Assembly (NCBI GenBank): GCA_002269645.1
Contig: NIVC01000441.1
Span: 124,001 to 188,000 of the forward strand
Source of the DNA: Macrostomum lignano
Taxonomy: Eukaryota
DNA: 64,000 bases
Direction of reading: 5' to 3'
Shown here piece by piece: positions 1 to 12,100 of the stretch. The notes under the pieces were generated by a model. The model saw only the letters and a list, made by a program, of their open reading frames with translations. It did no database searches and was not told the DNA's origin. Both the position numbers and the translations under genes were made by a program. Numbering within the stretch: the stretch's first letter is position 1; each line of letters begins with the position of its first letter.

Positions 1-58
1 AACCTGGAGTTCCTTCTTCATCACACTTTGTCTCAACTGAAGCAAAGGTGACTCCGTC

Positions 59-128
59 TCACAGCCACCTCACTCCGCCTCACAGCCACCTCACTCCACC
101 TCACAGCCACCTCACTCCTCGACACAGC
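59..128 (+). repeat. 21-bp minisatellite CACAGCCACCTCACTCC(A/G)CCT at the end of a CDKL intron
   Basis: Three to four units; shares its core with 53545-54730. Confidence 0.85.
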
Positions 129-177
129 CGCCTACTAAGGATTGTAGCCCAACACCCACCCACCTCCCCAAATGCAG

Positions 178-3100
178 GAAATTTGCCCCAGCGCTACAGG
201 GATATTTTTGCCAAAAATCCCCTATTTTCGGGAATGCGCGCCCCGGAAGCTCGATCGTTCGAACCATTAGAGCGGAAGGTGCCGAAATGCTCGCGACCGG
301 CAATGGATCTCATCAAGGTGAGTGGAGATTGAATGAAAATTCTATCCGTTAATTACTCTAGTTGGGCGATTTCTACTCCTGACAGAAGATGTTAAAAACA
401 GTGACCGGTGTTGCCCTCAAGCTCAATTGACACGCAGTTAATAATTAATAGATCGGCCCCACAGTAAGCAATTAATTATTTATTGCGGATTCAGCCGGCT
501 GTCTTATTGGGCTACTGGGGCAGAATGCGGGTGACATAAATCTCTATTTTTAGACACTAATAAAAGTCCGTCAACACACTGAGGAGCAATCACATTCAGT
601 TCAGCTTTCAAATTGCGGTAATTAGGGGCTAAAACGCAGCTAGTATCACGTGAGCTTCATTACAGGTGCCCATTCCGCCGACTCCTGGCACATACAAGCG
701 CGCCAATACTGTACGCAGGCACGGCACTCACACACGCTCATACAGAGTGTACAGCGGCCCTGACTGTCTAATTCTCAGGGCATATATGTACACTCTCCGT
801 GCCTTGGGGGTGTCACAGCAAAATACTTGAGTAGCTCATCAAGTGATCAAAGCTTCCTGCGACTAACTTCACCGAACAAAAAACGCCCCTTCCCCCCTGC
901 AGCGCTGCCTCCGACTTGAAGCAGACGACCGGCCAAGCTGCTCCGAGCTGCTCCGGCTCGAATATTTCCAAGCAAACGGCTTTGCCAGCAGATTCGCCGA
1001 GGAGCTGAGAGGGAAGATGAAGGCCAGGTCAGACCAGCAGCAGGGATCAACGGCGGCCGCTGAGACCAGACAGAAAAAGCAGCCTCATCATCAGCATCAT
1101 CATCCGCAACAACAGCAATTGCTTGCGCCTGCTACGGCAGCTGCATCAGAGCAGTCCGAAGCGTCACCCAGACCAGCAGCAGTCAGTCCGCCATCTGTGC
1201 AGGAGCGGAGAGGGCAGGACGCTGAACAACAGGGCACCAAGTCTGATGTATGTTGAATTTTGCTTTATTCAACAATTTTTTTAACCTACATGTACAAGAA
1301 ATTTAACAATTTAACGATCTTTTAAAACTACAGAAATAGTGAAGGAATTTGTTAAATAATTTATATAGAAATCACGACTAGAAATTATAACAAATCATTG
1401 CAAGCACTGGTTCTATGGCACACTGAGAAATAAAAAGCGTGTCAGAGCTTCTCCCGCCGAACTTTGCCCTTTTCAATGTCATCTGTCTGGTGTCATCTGC
1501 TGAAGGTGCTGACGGCGTCAGGGTGATAACTGAGTGCTCGAGAGACCAGCTGAAGATGTCCAGCAGCTGAGGCTTGCCCACTGTCGAGGCTTGATCAGCG
1601 AAACTCGAGAAATTTGCAACAGCGTGTCCATAGTCACCTGGATCGAGCCACCTGCTGAAGGTCCAGAAGCTCCGCTTGGGTGAAGGCTAGTGACCAACGA
1701 AGTCAGAGCTGATGCAGACACATGTAGTCGACGTGCTGATGAAATTTGGAGGCTTGGCAAGGCTTCACTGAGGTGCACTGAATACACTGGCGCTTAGGGA
1801 AAAATCCGACCTTCCGGCAGAATCATCGAATATCTTGACGGTCCGGAGGGCTGGCGACTTGATAATTCTTGTTTGAGAAGGCGCGCAACAATAAGTTAGC
1901 CCGTTTTCTTAAATTTCCACCCACCCCCTTGGTAGTTCTAATTCTACTGTTATAATCAGACCATAATTTCTAAAATTATGAAGATTTTTTGAAAAACAAA
2001 ATATTGATTTTAATTACTCTGATTTTAGCTGGTGAAATGTATTTTTTAGAATTAAAAGGAACTCTAAAATATATTACCAAATTTATTAGGCTTATAATCA
2101 ACACTGAAAATATTTTTATATTTGCGAGGCGCTTTTCGGTCGACATGTTTCTTTCACTTTTGAAGCGGAGCACATTATAACAACTTCATTGTTTCAAAAT
2201 TAATTTAAATAAAAACAGAACTCTAAAAGATAACCGAAAAATTTAGCACCAATTTCCAATTTTAAAAGCTCGCGTTAAGCAAAACTGATACCAAACAATT
2301 GACATGCTCACAGCACAAATTAACATGTATTATAAGCATGCATATATAAGAACTAAAAAAACTTTCACAGGTCGTTATCACGGATTACAGACAGTTTTTG
2401 CAGGTGAAGTCCATAAAACATCGAGATTAACTCCTGACTATCTCGATGGATTAATCATGATCAAAATGCACCCGATAAAATTTGTGCCATTGTGTGTCGC
2501 TTTTTGCTATTTTATTTCCCTTTAAAAGCAGCAAAATTTTTGTTTGTATTTACTTTTGTTTTGCATAATGTAACGAGAACAAAAAATCATATTCAGTGAT
2601 ATTAAACAATGAAATACCCAGTTGAAGAGATATGATATAACAAAAAGGATTTTTATTTTAACATACGTGTAATGTGTAATAGCTCACTTGTAAACACCTA
2701 AAATCTCATACTCAAATCGTTTGCTACACGAGGTTTGCGTATAACAAATATAAAATAAATATTTACATAGTAGGCTTTTAAGGCGTCATTTAAATATAAA
2801 AGTGTACAGATTTGAAGGGCAGCATACTTCTTATGGCAAAATTTGCTTTATAAAACAAATTTTATAAACAAATTTACCAAAGCGGGCTGCGAGCACAATT
2901 TTGTTGCAATTATTTTATGTAGATATCCAAGATTTTTTCCTATTTAATTTCCGTTGATTTTTTAGTTTAGGAAGTTATAAAACTGAAAATTCACCTGTAA
3001 GTTTGCTGTGGATTATTTATGGCCCTCTAGGCTTTATTTGCACTTTTGCATAAATAAAGATAAACAAAATTGAATATTTTGCGTTTTCCAGGAATTGCTG

Positions 3101-4494
3101 GACAATCAGGCCGGAGCGGCGACGGCGGCAGGTGCGGAGTCCGAAGATCCGGCCCGAAGAGTGAAGGCCACAAGTCAGCAGCAGCAGCAGCAGCAGCAGC
3201 CACCGTTGCAGATGGACGGCCAGCTGGGTGGCGACACTTTGCAGCAGTTCGCCGCAGCCATGCCGCCTATTGGGCAGTTCGCCCAGATTACAAAGTTCGG
3301 GTGAGCTGGATTGGAATAAATCTGTGGATTACATGGACTGAATTTTAACGGCTGTTCCTAAACCAAAAAGCGGAAATGATCTTTTTGTTTTACTAGAAAC
3401 TTTGCCGAAGGCGACGGCGCTTCGCCGGGCCTGCCGACTCACGGAATTTCCTCCGGCGCGCCTGCCGGACCCTCTGGAGGCATGAGGTGCGAAGAGAACA
3501 TATTGCTGTATTGTGCAGTTAGCGAGAAGTACTTAAAGCAAGTTTGTTAACACAAACTCGATCACTTCAGGCTGACAGAGGCCAAGCATTCTCAGCACCA
3601 GCACCAGCACCACCAGCAGTCAAATAAGAAGAATGGCACCTATCACTCGCCTGCGGCACTAAAGCACCAGCACCAGCACCAGCACCAACACCAGCACCAG
3701 CACCAGCGGAAGCCGCCGCCAGAAGCACGAGGCCTCGGTCCGTTGAGAGACATCGGCGGCGGAGGCCTCATCCTGCCGGAAGTTCGCGGTGCGGGGGCGG
3801 AAAGTGAGCAGGGAATGAATTCATAAACTACTAAAAATGCGTTAAGACTACTATATAGCAGTAGTTTCGATATGAAGCGAAGTAGCCGTTTGACTAGGCT
3901 AGCCTAGTGGGATTGGGTTGTAGCCTAGTGGTTAGAGCATCCGACTCACGACTTGAAGGTCGGTGGTTCGATTCTCGACCCACTCGGAACAATTAGTGTC
4001 CTTGAGCAAGACATCTAACTCTGCATTGCTTCAGTTCACCCAGCTGTAAAATGGGTGCCAGCATTAGCTGGGGTAATTGAGGGTGTGTGTGGCGACCCCC
4101 AGTCCTTGGACTGAACAGCCGTACGCAGCCTTCAGATGCACCGCGCAGTAGCTGCGGCTGAGCTGTCGGTTGCACATCTGGCCCAATTCGGGCAGGTGTA
4201 ATCAATTATTTTTAGATATGAACAAGAAACTCCAAATTTCTATAGTCTATCGAAAAAATCATTTTATAATATTTTAATACGAGAACTGGGATTCGAACCC
4301 CGGAACCTCGGAGAGGTACAAAAGTAGATGTCACTAATAAATGGCTTCAATTTTAAAATTTAATCCAACCCATCTCATTTTCAAAACTCATTTTCTCAAC
4401 AAAAAAAACTTTTTCAGTTCGTCTTGGCACAAAAGCTGGGCTGTACAATCCGAAAGCAAAAAAAGGTCAACAACAGCAGCAGCAGCAGCAGTAG
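178..4494 (+). CDS. CDKL2: CDKL2/3-like cyclin-dependent kinase-like protein, 3' part (5' exons lie before the window)
   Basis: Phase-consistent exons 178-317, 903-1247, 3092-3300, 3397-3486, 3571-3803 and probably 4418-4494. They give GNLPQRYRDIFAKNPLFSGMRAPEARSFEPLERKVPKCSRPAMDLIK|RCLRLEADDRPSCSELLRLEYFQANGFASRFAEELRGKMK, which matches kinase subdomains X-XI of CDKL2/3 as recalled (GNL..RH...F.KNP.F.G...P....EPLERR.PK; CL..DP..RP.C.ELL...FF..DGFAERF..EL), followed by a Gln/His-rich tail. The terminal exon is uncertain and CDKL2 versus CDKL3 is not resolved. Confidence 0.85.
669..811 (-). mobile_element. SINE family B internal fragment in a CDKL intron
   Basis: Reverse complement of ~37445-37580 (GCCCATTCCGCCGACTCC...GAGTGTACAGCGGCCC...GCCTTGGGGG). 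Confidence 0.7.
3915..4207 (+). mobile_element. tRNA-derived CORE-SINE (family A), full-length copy in a CDKL intron
   Basis: A box TAGCCTAGTGG and B box GGTTCGATTC, then GTCCTTGAGCAAGACATCTAACTCTGCATTGCTTCAGTTCACCCAGCTGTAAAATGGG, which resembles the MIR CORE (GACCTTGGGCAAGTCACTTAACCTCTCTGTGCCTCAGTTTCCTCATCTGTAAAATGGG). Two further copies lie in the window. Confidence 0.8.
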
Positions 4495-4961
4495 CAGCAG
4501 TAGCATTGGGTCCAGCTGGCACAACTGGACATTTAACCCTCTAATTTATTGGTTATAATCAAGCATTTTTGTTTGTTTTCTTCTAAAAACAACAGCAATC
4601 ATAGCTGACTAACCAGTCGCGGCAGGAGCTTTCGGTTCTTCTACAACTCGTTGAAGGCTCGAAGGCTGCCACACAACACCATGAGCTGCTTGTGAGTGGC
4701 TGGCAGACAGGCAATTAACCTTGTTTAGTTCAATGCGTTGCGTTCGCAGTGGCTGTGCCACTCCCCTAATCTCTTTTGCATTTATGAACGCTCCTAGTCT
4801 AGGCTGCTTCTAGCCGAAAGCAATGCACTTTTGATTTCTAACTTGCACCAAATATCCCTATATTTTTATAGGACTATAGCACCAGCAGTTGCAGACAACA
4901 TCGACTTTTAAAATGTTGACTTATGTAAACATTTCATCAAGTGACATTAAATTTATTTTAG

Positions 4962-5585
4962 ATTCCCGATCCCTTCCCGCAATTTGAGATCCCATCCTGC
5001 AATCTCGGATCCCATCCTCCAATCCCAGATCCCATCCTTCAATCCCAGATCCCATTCTCTAATCTCAAATCCCATCCCGCAATCTCAGATCTCATTATTC
5101 CATCCCAGATAAACTTATCCAATCCCAGATAAACTTATCCAATCCCAGATCCCATCCTCCAATTCCAGATCCTATCCTGCAATCCCACATCTCATCCTCC
5201 AATCCCAGATCCCATCCTCCAATCTCAGATCCCATCCTCTAATTCCAGATCCCATTCTGCAATTTCAGATCCCATTATCCAATCCCACATCTCATCCTTC
5301 AATCTCAGATCCCATCCTGCAATCTCAGATCCCATCCTCTAATCCCAGATCCCATCCTGCAATTTCAGATCCCATCCTCTAATCCCAGATCCCATCCTGC
5401 AATTTCAGATCCCATCCTCTAATCCCAGATCCCATCCTGCAATTTCAGATCCCATTATCCAATCCCATATCCCATCCTCCAATCTCAGATCCCATCCTGC
5501 AATCCCAAATCTCAGATCCCATCCTCAAATCCCAGATCCCATTATCCAATCCCAGATCCCATCCTCAAATCCCAGATCCCATCTC
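4962..5585 (+). repeat. 20-bp minisatellite AATCCCAGATCCCATCCTCC
   Basis: About 30 diverged tandem units. Confidence 0.95.
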
Positions 5586-6473
5586 TAGTCAGGTGCTATC
5601 AACTACTACTAGTGAAGATCCCATCTATGAAAAATGATCCCAACCATGAAAGTGGCTGTCTATTGTCCTAAAAAAGAGTTGCAGCAACATTTTCCATCTT
5701 CAACACTGCAGAATTCTGGTCGACATTTCCGAGGCGGTGATCGACAAAACTCTTCAACAGAACGGGGGGCGCACAGAAAGGCCGGCTGCTTGCCCACGCA
5801 GACATTTTTAATTAATTAATTTTTAATTTTCTTATGATTTACAGCTCGCTGTCTACTTCTACGGTCTTTGTCCAAGTTGTCTGTCTGTTGTGCAATTAGT
5901 AGCCAGGACCGCTAATTGCAGTAGTTGAGAGGACTCAAGTCGCGCTTCAAATTTGGTCATAAAAAGTATTTTTGAACTGGATAGCTCAGATTGTGTGGAA
6001 ATTGGTCAATTCACTGCTATTTTAATATGGTATTGGGAGCGAACATGGCAGAAAGGGGATTTCAATTTCACAGAAGGGATATCATGTGTCTTCCCCAAAG
6101 GGGTACAAACTGGCTAGTCTAAATGTACTAAATTTGCAAAATCAGTAGGTCAGTAAAAATTTTCTATGAAGGCAGTGTCTTTTGACTACTACTACAGTAG
6201 TAAGGTATGGACAAAATTGCTGTTTTTGGCAGCTGACAAGATGACGGTCACTCATCTACTATGATTTATATTTTGCTTCACGTTTCTTCTGTTCAATGCT
6301 TATCTGCACAGTTTAATGTCCCACTTATGTTGACAAGGATCTGTGTTAAATCTACATGTGCCTTGCTTGCATTGTAACAGTCCGTGCAAATCTATGGAAT
6401 TTGAAATTACTTGAATTATACGGGAGGTGTTCAATTTGAAAGATTTACATTCTTCTAACTTTTGACGTTAAAT

Positions 6474-7293
6474 GTCAGTCAGTCAGTCAGTCAGTCAGTC
6501 AGTCAGTCAGTCAGTCAGTCAGTCAGTCAGTCAGTCAGTCAGTCAGTCAGTCAGTCAGTCAGTCAGTCAGTCAGTCAGTCAGTCAGTCAGTCAGTCAGTC
6601 AGTCAGTCAGTCAGTCAGTCAGTCAGTCAGTCAGTCAGTCAGTCAGTCAGTCAGTCAGTCAGTCAGTCAGTCAGTCAGTCAGTCAGTCAGTCAGTCAGTC
6701 AGTCAGTCAGTCAGTCAGTCAGTCAGTCAGTCAGTCAGTCAGTCAGTCAGTCAGTCAGTCAGTCAGTCAGTCAGTCAGTCAGTCAGTCAGTCAGTCAGTC
6801 AGTCAGTCAGTCAGTCAGTCAGTCAGTCAGTCAGTCAGTCAGTCAGTCAGTCAGTCAGTCAGTCAGTCAGTCAGTCAGTCAGTCAGTCAGTCAGTCAGTC
6901 AGTCAGTCAGTCAGTCAGTCAGTCAGTCAGTCAGTCAGTCAGTCAGTCAGTCAGTCAGTCAGTCAGTCAGTCAGTCAGTCAGTCAGTCAGTCAGTCAGTC
7001 AGTCAGTCAGTCAGTCAGTCAGTCAGTCAGTCAGTCAGTCAGTCAGTCAGTCAGTCAGTCAGTCAGTCAGTCAGTCAGTCAGTCAGTCAGTCAGTCAGTC
7101 AGTCAGTCAGTCAGTCAGTCAGTCAGTCAGTCAGTCAGTCAGTCAGTCAGTCAGTCAGTCAGTCAGTCAGTCAGTCAGTCAGTCAGTCAGTCAGTCAGTC
7201 AGTCAGTCAGTCAGTCAGTCAGTCAGTCAGTCAGTCAGTCAGTCAGTCAGTCAGTCAGTCAGTCAGTCAGTCAGTCAGTCAGTCAGTCAGTCA
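6474..7293 (+). repeat. (GTCA)n microsatellite, ~205 units
   Basis: Uninterrupted tetranucleotide run; source of the SQSV ORFs. Confidence 0.99.
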
Positions 7294-7662
7294 ATGGATT
7301 TCTCAATTGCATCATCAAGTTAACCTGGCTTCTTTTAAAGCAGTTCGGAATTTCCTTACAGATAAAAAACCATTCTGGAACGCAGAATTTATTAAACAGA
7401 CAGGCAGAGGCAGCGGCACTATACTTGGAAATAGGAATTGGTTTGCAAATAGTTTTCAAGTAAAAAAATGGCTCAACTTTGCAGCATAGAAAAGCGAAAC
7501 AAACACAAAAGTTGAAAAAAAACAAAAATTAACAGAAAGGGAAATACAGTGCCTGCGTGTTCGTACTGATTGAATAGATATTTATCGAGAAACAAAATTA
7601 ATGAAAAAATAAAAAGTCGAAACACACAGGAGCATATAAATGATTTTTCCCGGCTTGGAGTC

Positions 7663-8500
7663 CGGCCATAGACTACAAAAACGTATTTATTACCCACTTG
7701 GGGCCCGCCTATAGACTACAGAAACGTAATTATTACCCACTTGGGGCTGGCCATGGACTATAGAAACGTATTTATTATCCCTCTTCAGGTCCGGCCATAG
7801 ACTACAGAAACGTACTTATTACCTACTTCGGGGCCGGCCATAGACTACAGAAACGTATTTATTACCCTACTTGGGGCTGGCCATGGACTATAGAAACGTA
7901 TTTATTATCCCTCTTCGGGTCCGGCTATAGACTACAGAAACGTATTTATTACCCACTTGGGGCCCGGCCATAGACTACAGAAACGTATTTATTACCTACT
8001 TGGGGGCCGGCCATAGACTACAGAAACGTATTTATTACCCTACTTGGGGCTGGCCATGGACTATAGAAACGTACTTATTGTCCCTCTTCGGGTCCGGCTA
8101 TAGACTACAGAAACGTATTTATTACCCACTTGGGGCCCGGCCATAGACTACAGAAAAGTATTTATTACCCACTTGGGGCCCGGCCATAGACTACAGAAAC
8201 GTACTTATTACCCACTTGGGGCCCGGCCAAAGACTACAGAAACGTACTTATTACCTACTTGGGGCCCGGCCATAGACTACAGAAACGTATTTATTACCCA
8301 CTTGGGGCCCGGCCATAGACTACAGAAAAGTATTTATTACCCACTTGGGGCCCGGCCAAAGACTACAGAAACGTACTTATTACCCACTTGGGGCCCGGCC
8401 ATAGACTATAGAAACGTATTTTTTGCCTGGCGCAATAAAAGCTGCAAATAAACGTTTGTTTCTGTAGTCCATGGCCAGGCTCCAAGTGGGTAATAAATAA
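7663..8500 (+). repeat. ~41-bp minisatellite CCATAGACTACAGAAACGTATTTATTACCCACTTGGGGCCCGG with one inverted copy at ~8451-8500
   Basis: About 18 tandem units, then GTTTCTGTAGTCCATGGCCAGGCTCCAAGTGGGTAATAA, the reverse complement of a unit. Confidence 0.9.
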
Positions 8501-9134
8501 AATTATTCCCGTTTATTTCACTTGTCTATATGGCCTCGAGCGGTTTCGGCCACACCCCGACCCCATAAACGAGTCCTCAGCCGTTCGCGACCACAAAAAA
8601 TAAAACAAGAGGGGAATAACTTGCACTAAGGCATTCTAAAAAACACCAGATAGACCAGTTGCAGCAATTATCGCTTAAATAAGCTTTTCGCCATAGACGA
8701 AATATGAAAGCATCGAAATAGCCATAGATTTTCTACTCGTAGCTGTTTAAAATAGTTTAATTATAAAATCGAAACGGGCGACTCCGAGATGACACCTGGT
8801 GTTTTTAGCGTCTCAAAACCTGATAGCATTGCATTCAGGAACAACAGGCTGATAGTAGAAAGACGACACCTTCAAACTTTTAGTTGAAGGTTTAACTTCG
8901 CTTTAAAAAATTAGAATTTTTAGGCTCTACATTCTTTGACCGAAAATAGTCTATGGCAAAACCGAAGTTTTAATGGATTCCATTCTAAAAAAGCAGTGTG
9001 CAGACAGCAAGGACATCAAGCCAAGGACAACTTGATAACTCAGTTATTAAGTTGTCATTTAGTTGAACTTGTTGAACTCTAGAATATAAGCGAAATATAT
9101 AAAATAAATAAAAATTAACTGAGATGCCGTTGAG

Positions 9135-12100
9135 TCACTGGCTGGAGGCCTCCTCGGACGTCAGTCGGGGCACCGACCGAACTAGCAGCACCGCGGCGGA
9201 GCTTCGGCACTGGGCGTGCAGCTCCGACACGGTGGCCGCCTCCCAGGCCTGACCGCGTCCTCGGCCGCCGCCGCCGCCGCCGCCGCCACTGCTGCTAACG
9301 CTGCTACTGCGACTGCTGGCGCTGCTGCGGCTGCCGCCAATGCCGGCCGCCCTGCTGAAACAGCCGTTGGAGACGGCGTCGAAATTCGGACCCATGGAGA
9401 CCGGCTGGCGGGTTGAGGCCACCCTGTAGCCGAGCTCCTGGCACAGGGTCTGCGGGTTGAGTGGGAGAGGAATTTCGGCTTGGGGGAATTTTGAGTTAGG
9501 GGAAGTTTCGGGTTGGGGGAGTTTCGGGTTGGGTGGAATTTTGAGTTAGGGGAAGTTTCGGGTTGGGGGAGTTTCGGGTTGGGGGAGTTTCAGGTTGGGG
9601 GAGTTTCGGGTTGGATGGAATTTTGAGTTAGGGGAAGTTTCGGGTTGGGGGAGTTTCGGGTTGGGGGAGTTTCGGGTTGGGGAGTTTCGGGTTGGGGGAG
9701 TTTCGGGTTGGATGGAATTTTGAGTTAGGGGGATTTCGGGTTGGGGGAGTTTCGGGTTGGATGGAATTTTGAGTTAGGGGAAGTTTCGGGTTGGGGGAGT
9801 TTCGGGTTGGGGATTTCGGGTTGGATGGAATTTTGAGTTAGAGGGATTTCGGGTTCGGGTTTCGGGTTGGGGGGTTTCGGGTTGGGGGAATTTCGGGTTG
9901 GGGGAGTTTAAGGTTGGGGGAGTTTCGGGTTGGGGGATTTCGGGTTGGATGGAATTTTGTGTTAGAGGGATTTCGGGTTCGGGGTTTCCGGTTGGGGGGT
10001 TTCGGGTTGGGGGAATTTCGGGTTGGATGGAATTTTGAGTTAGGGGGATTTCGGGTTGGGGGAGTTTCGGGTTGGGGGAGTTTCGGGTTGGATGGAATTT
10101 TGAGTTAGGGGATTTCGGGTTGGGGGAGTTTCGGGTTGGGGGAGTTTCGGGTTGGGGGAATTTCGGGTTGGATGGAATTTTGAGTTAGGGGGATTTCGGG
10201 TTGGGGGAGTTTCGGGTTGGGGGAGTTTCGGGTTGGATGGAATTTTGAGTTAGGGGATTTCGGGTTGGGGGAGTTTCGGGTTGGGGGAGTTTCGGGTTGG
10301 GGGAATTTCGGGTTGGATGGAATTTTGAGTTAGGGGGGTTTCGGGTTGGGGAGATTTCGGGTTAGGGGAATTTCGGGTTGGGGCATTTTGGGTGAGGAAA
10401 TTCCATCTAAATGTCGAATTTTGAGACAGCTCCCCGGAGACTGACAAGCACATCCCCAAGCACGCCGTGAGCGGATAGGCAGGCAATCGAGAGAATTCCC
10501 AGTCCCAGTTTCTGCCCAACCTGAGTAACCAAATCGTCCGCCACGCGGATCGCCAGGCCGCAGCCAAGCAGCTGGGCGCAGTGCAGTAGCAGGTGCTCCG
10601 CCAGGTCGGCCAGCCGCAGGAAGCGAAGCGCCCTGACGCCGCCGCTGCCGCCGCCGCCAGCGAAGCTCGGAAATCGAACTCGAAGAACCCGGCAGACGGA
10701 GCCGAGCTCCTCCGAGGCCGGCGAAAGCTGCTGCTGCTGCTCAGCCTTCGCGGCAGCAGCGCAGGCGGCGGAGTCGAAGCCGGCCTCGCCAGCGTCGGCG
10801 GCGGCTCCGGCGATGCCGGTCTCGATGACGCGGAATTCCACCAGGGCGGCCACCCGGCCGGAGCCGCCGACGTCCAGCAGGCGAAAGCTGCCGACGCTGC
10901 CGGCGAAGTCCGGGCCCTCCATCCGGTAGGTGGCCTCCGTGTGCAGCAGGTGGCTCTCCCAGGCCGGCCAGCGACTGTCAGCCTGCGGCGGCGGCTCCGG
11001 GCAGCTCAGCAGCCGGCCGAGACCGCCGCCTCCGGCTGGCCGCTTCCCGCCAGCGGGCGTCGCTGCCGCCTCCACCAGCTGCCGAGTTGCCGCCGTCCAG
11101 GCGTCGCTGCCACCGCTGTCCTCAGCTTCTTTGCCGCCTTTGCCGCCGTCACTGCCGCCGCCGCCCAGGTCGTCATCGGCGAAGGCGGGCTGGCGCACGG
11201 CCCGCAGATCCGGCAGCTCCCACAGACGGCGTCGGGGCACCGCGGAACAGTCGGCGAGGACACCGACTGGGCAGGCGGGTTGGACAAGTGAAGGTTGCAA
11301 AAATGACGTAACATTGGAAGTCTACGTATAGGAAGCACACATAAAGGTCACGAGACGCCAAATTAGGAATGTCACAAGGAGCCAAACTGAGGTCACAGAG
11401 CGCCAAACTGAGGTCACAGAGCGCCAAACTGAGGTCACAGAGCGCCAAACTGAGGTCACAGGGTGCCAAACTGAGGTCATAAGAAGCCAAACTGAGGTCA
11501 CAGGGTGCCAAACTGAGGTCACAGGGTGCCAAACAGAGGTCACAGGGTGTCAAACTGAGGTCATAGGACGCCAAACTGAGGTCATAGGACGCCAAACTGA
11601 GGTCATAGGACGCCAAACTGAGGTCACAGGGCGCCAAATTGGAGAGGTCAGGCGATAAAATGAGGAGGTCACGGGGTCACAAAAAGACTACAAAAATTCT
11701 CCCAAACCTTTAATCTCAAATTTCATAGAAATTTCACGCATCAGCGGCGCCGTAGAGAAGCGCCGACACTCCGGCGCTGGTGCCATCGCCAATAGGCGCC
11801 CGGCGCTACCCGGCGCCGCCAGCAGTTGCCAGCCGATGCCGGCGGCGGCTTCAACGGCGGCCAGAGCGGCCGGGTCGGACCGGCCGTAGCAAAGCAGGTG
11901 GCCGGTGGCACCCGGCACCTGTCCGAGATCGCCAGTCCGCAGCGCCGACGCCCAAGCGGCCTCCGACCCGATGTCCCTGCCGTCGTCGGAGTCGACGTCG
12001 TTGAGCAGCAGCAGGCGGATCTCGCCGAGCTGCCCGGCCGGCAGCGGCCTGCCGCGCTGGTCGGTGACGGCCAGCCGGACATTTGGAGCGGCCTCGGACA

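Noticed and set aside
1490-1790. Additional CDKL exon in a GC-richer intron segment
   Set aside because: Stops in all three plus frames; the flanking exons already join in phase.
3915-3990. tRNA gene (also 46841-46910, 37303-37365 and the reverse fragment at 4280-4335)
   Set aside because: A and B boxes are present but acceptor and anticodon stems are imperfect, and three of the four continue into shared SINE bodies.
4418-4700. NPLIY (GPCR TM7-like) peptide in an alternate frame
   Set aside because: Phase is incompatible with the upstream CDKL exon and no other transmembrane segments are nearby.
6462-7463. SQSV-repeat ORFs
   Set aside because: Translation of the (GTCA)n microsatellite.
7663-8420. 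Possible CRISPR array (regular ~41-bp repeats); also considered for 14015-14740 and 38490-39090
   Set aside because: Units are head-to-tail with no unique spacers, there are no cas genes, and the context is eukaryotic.
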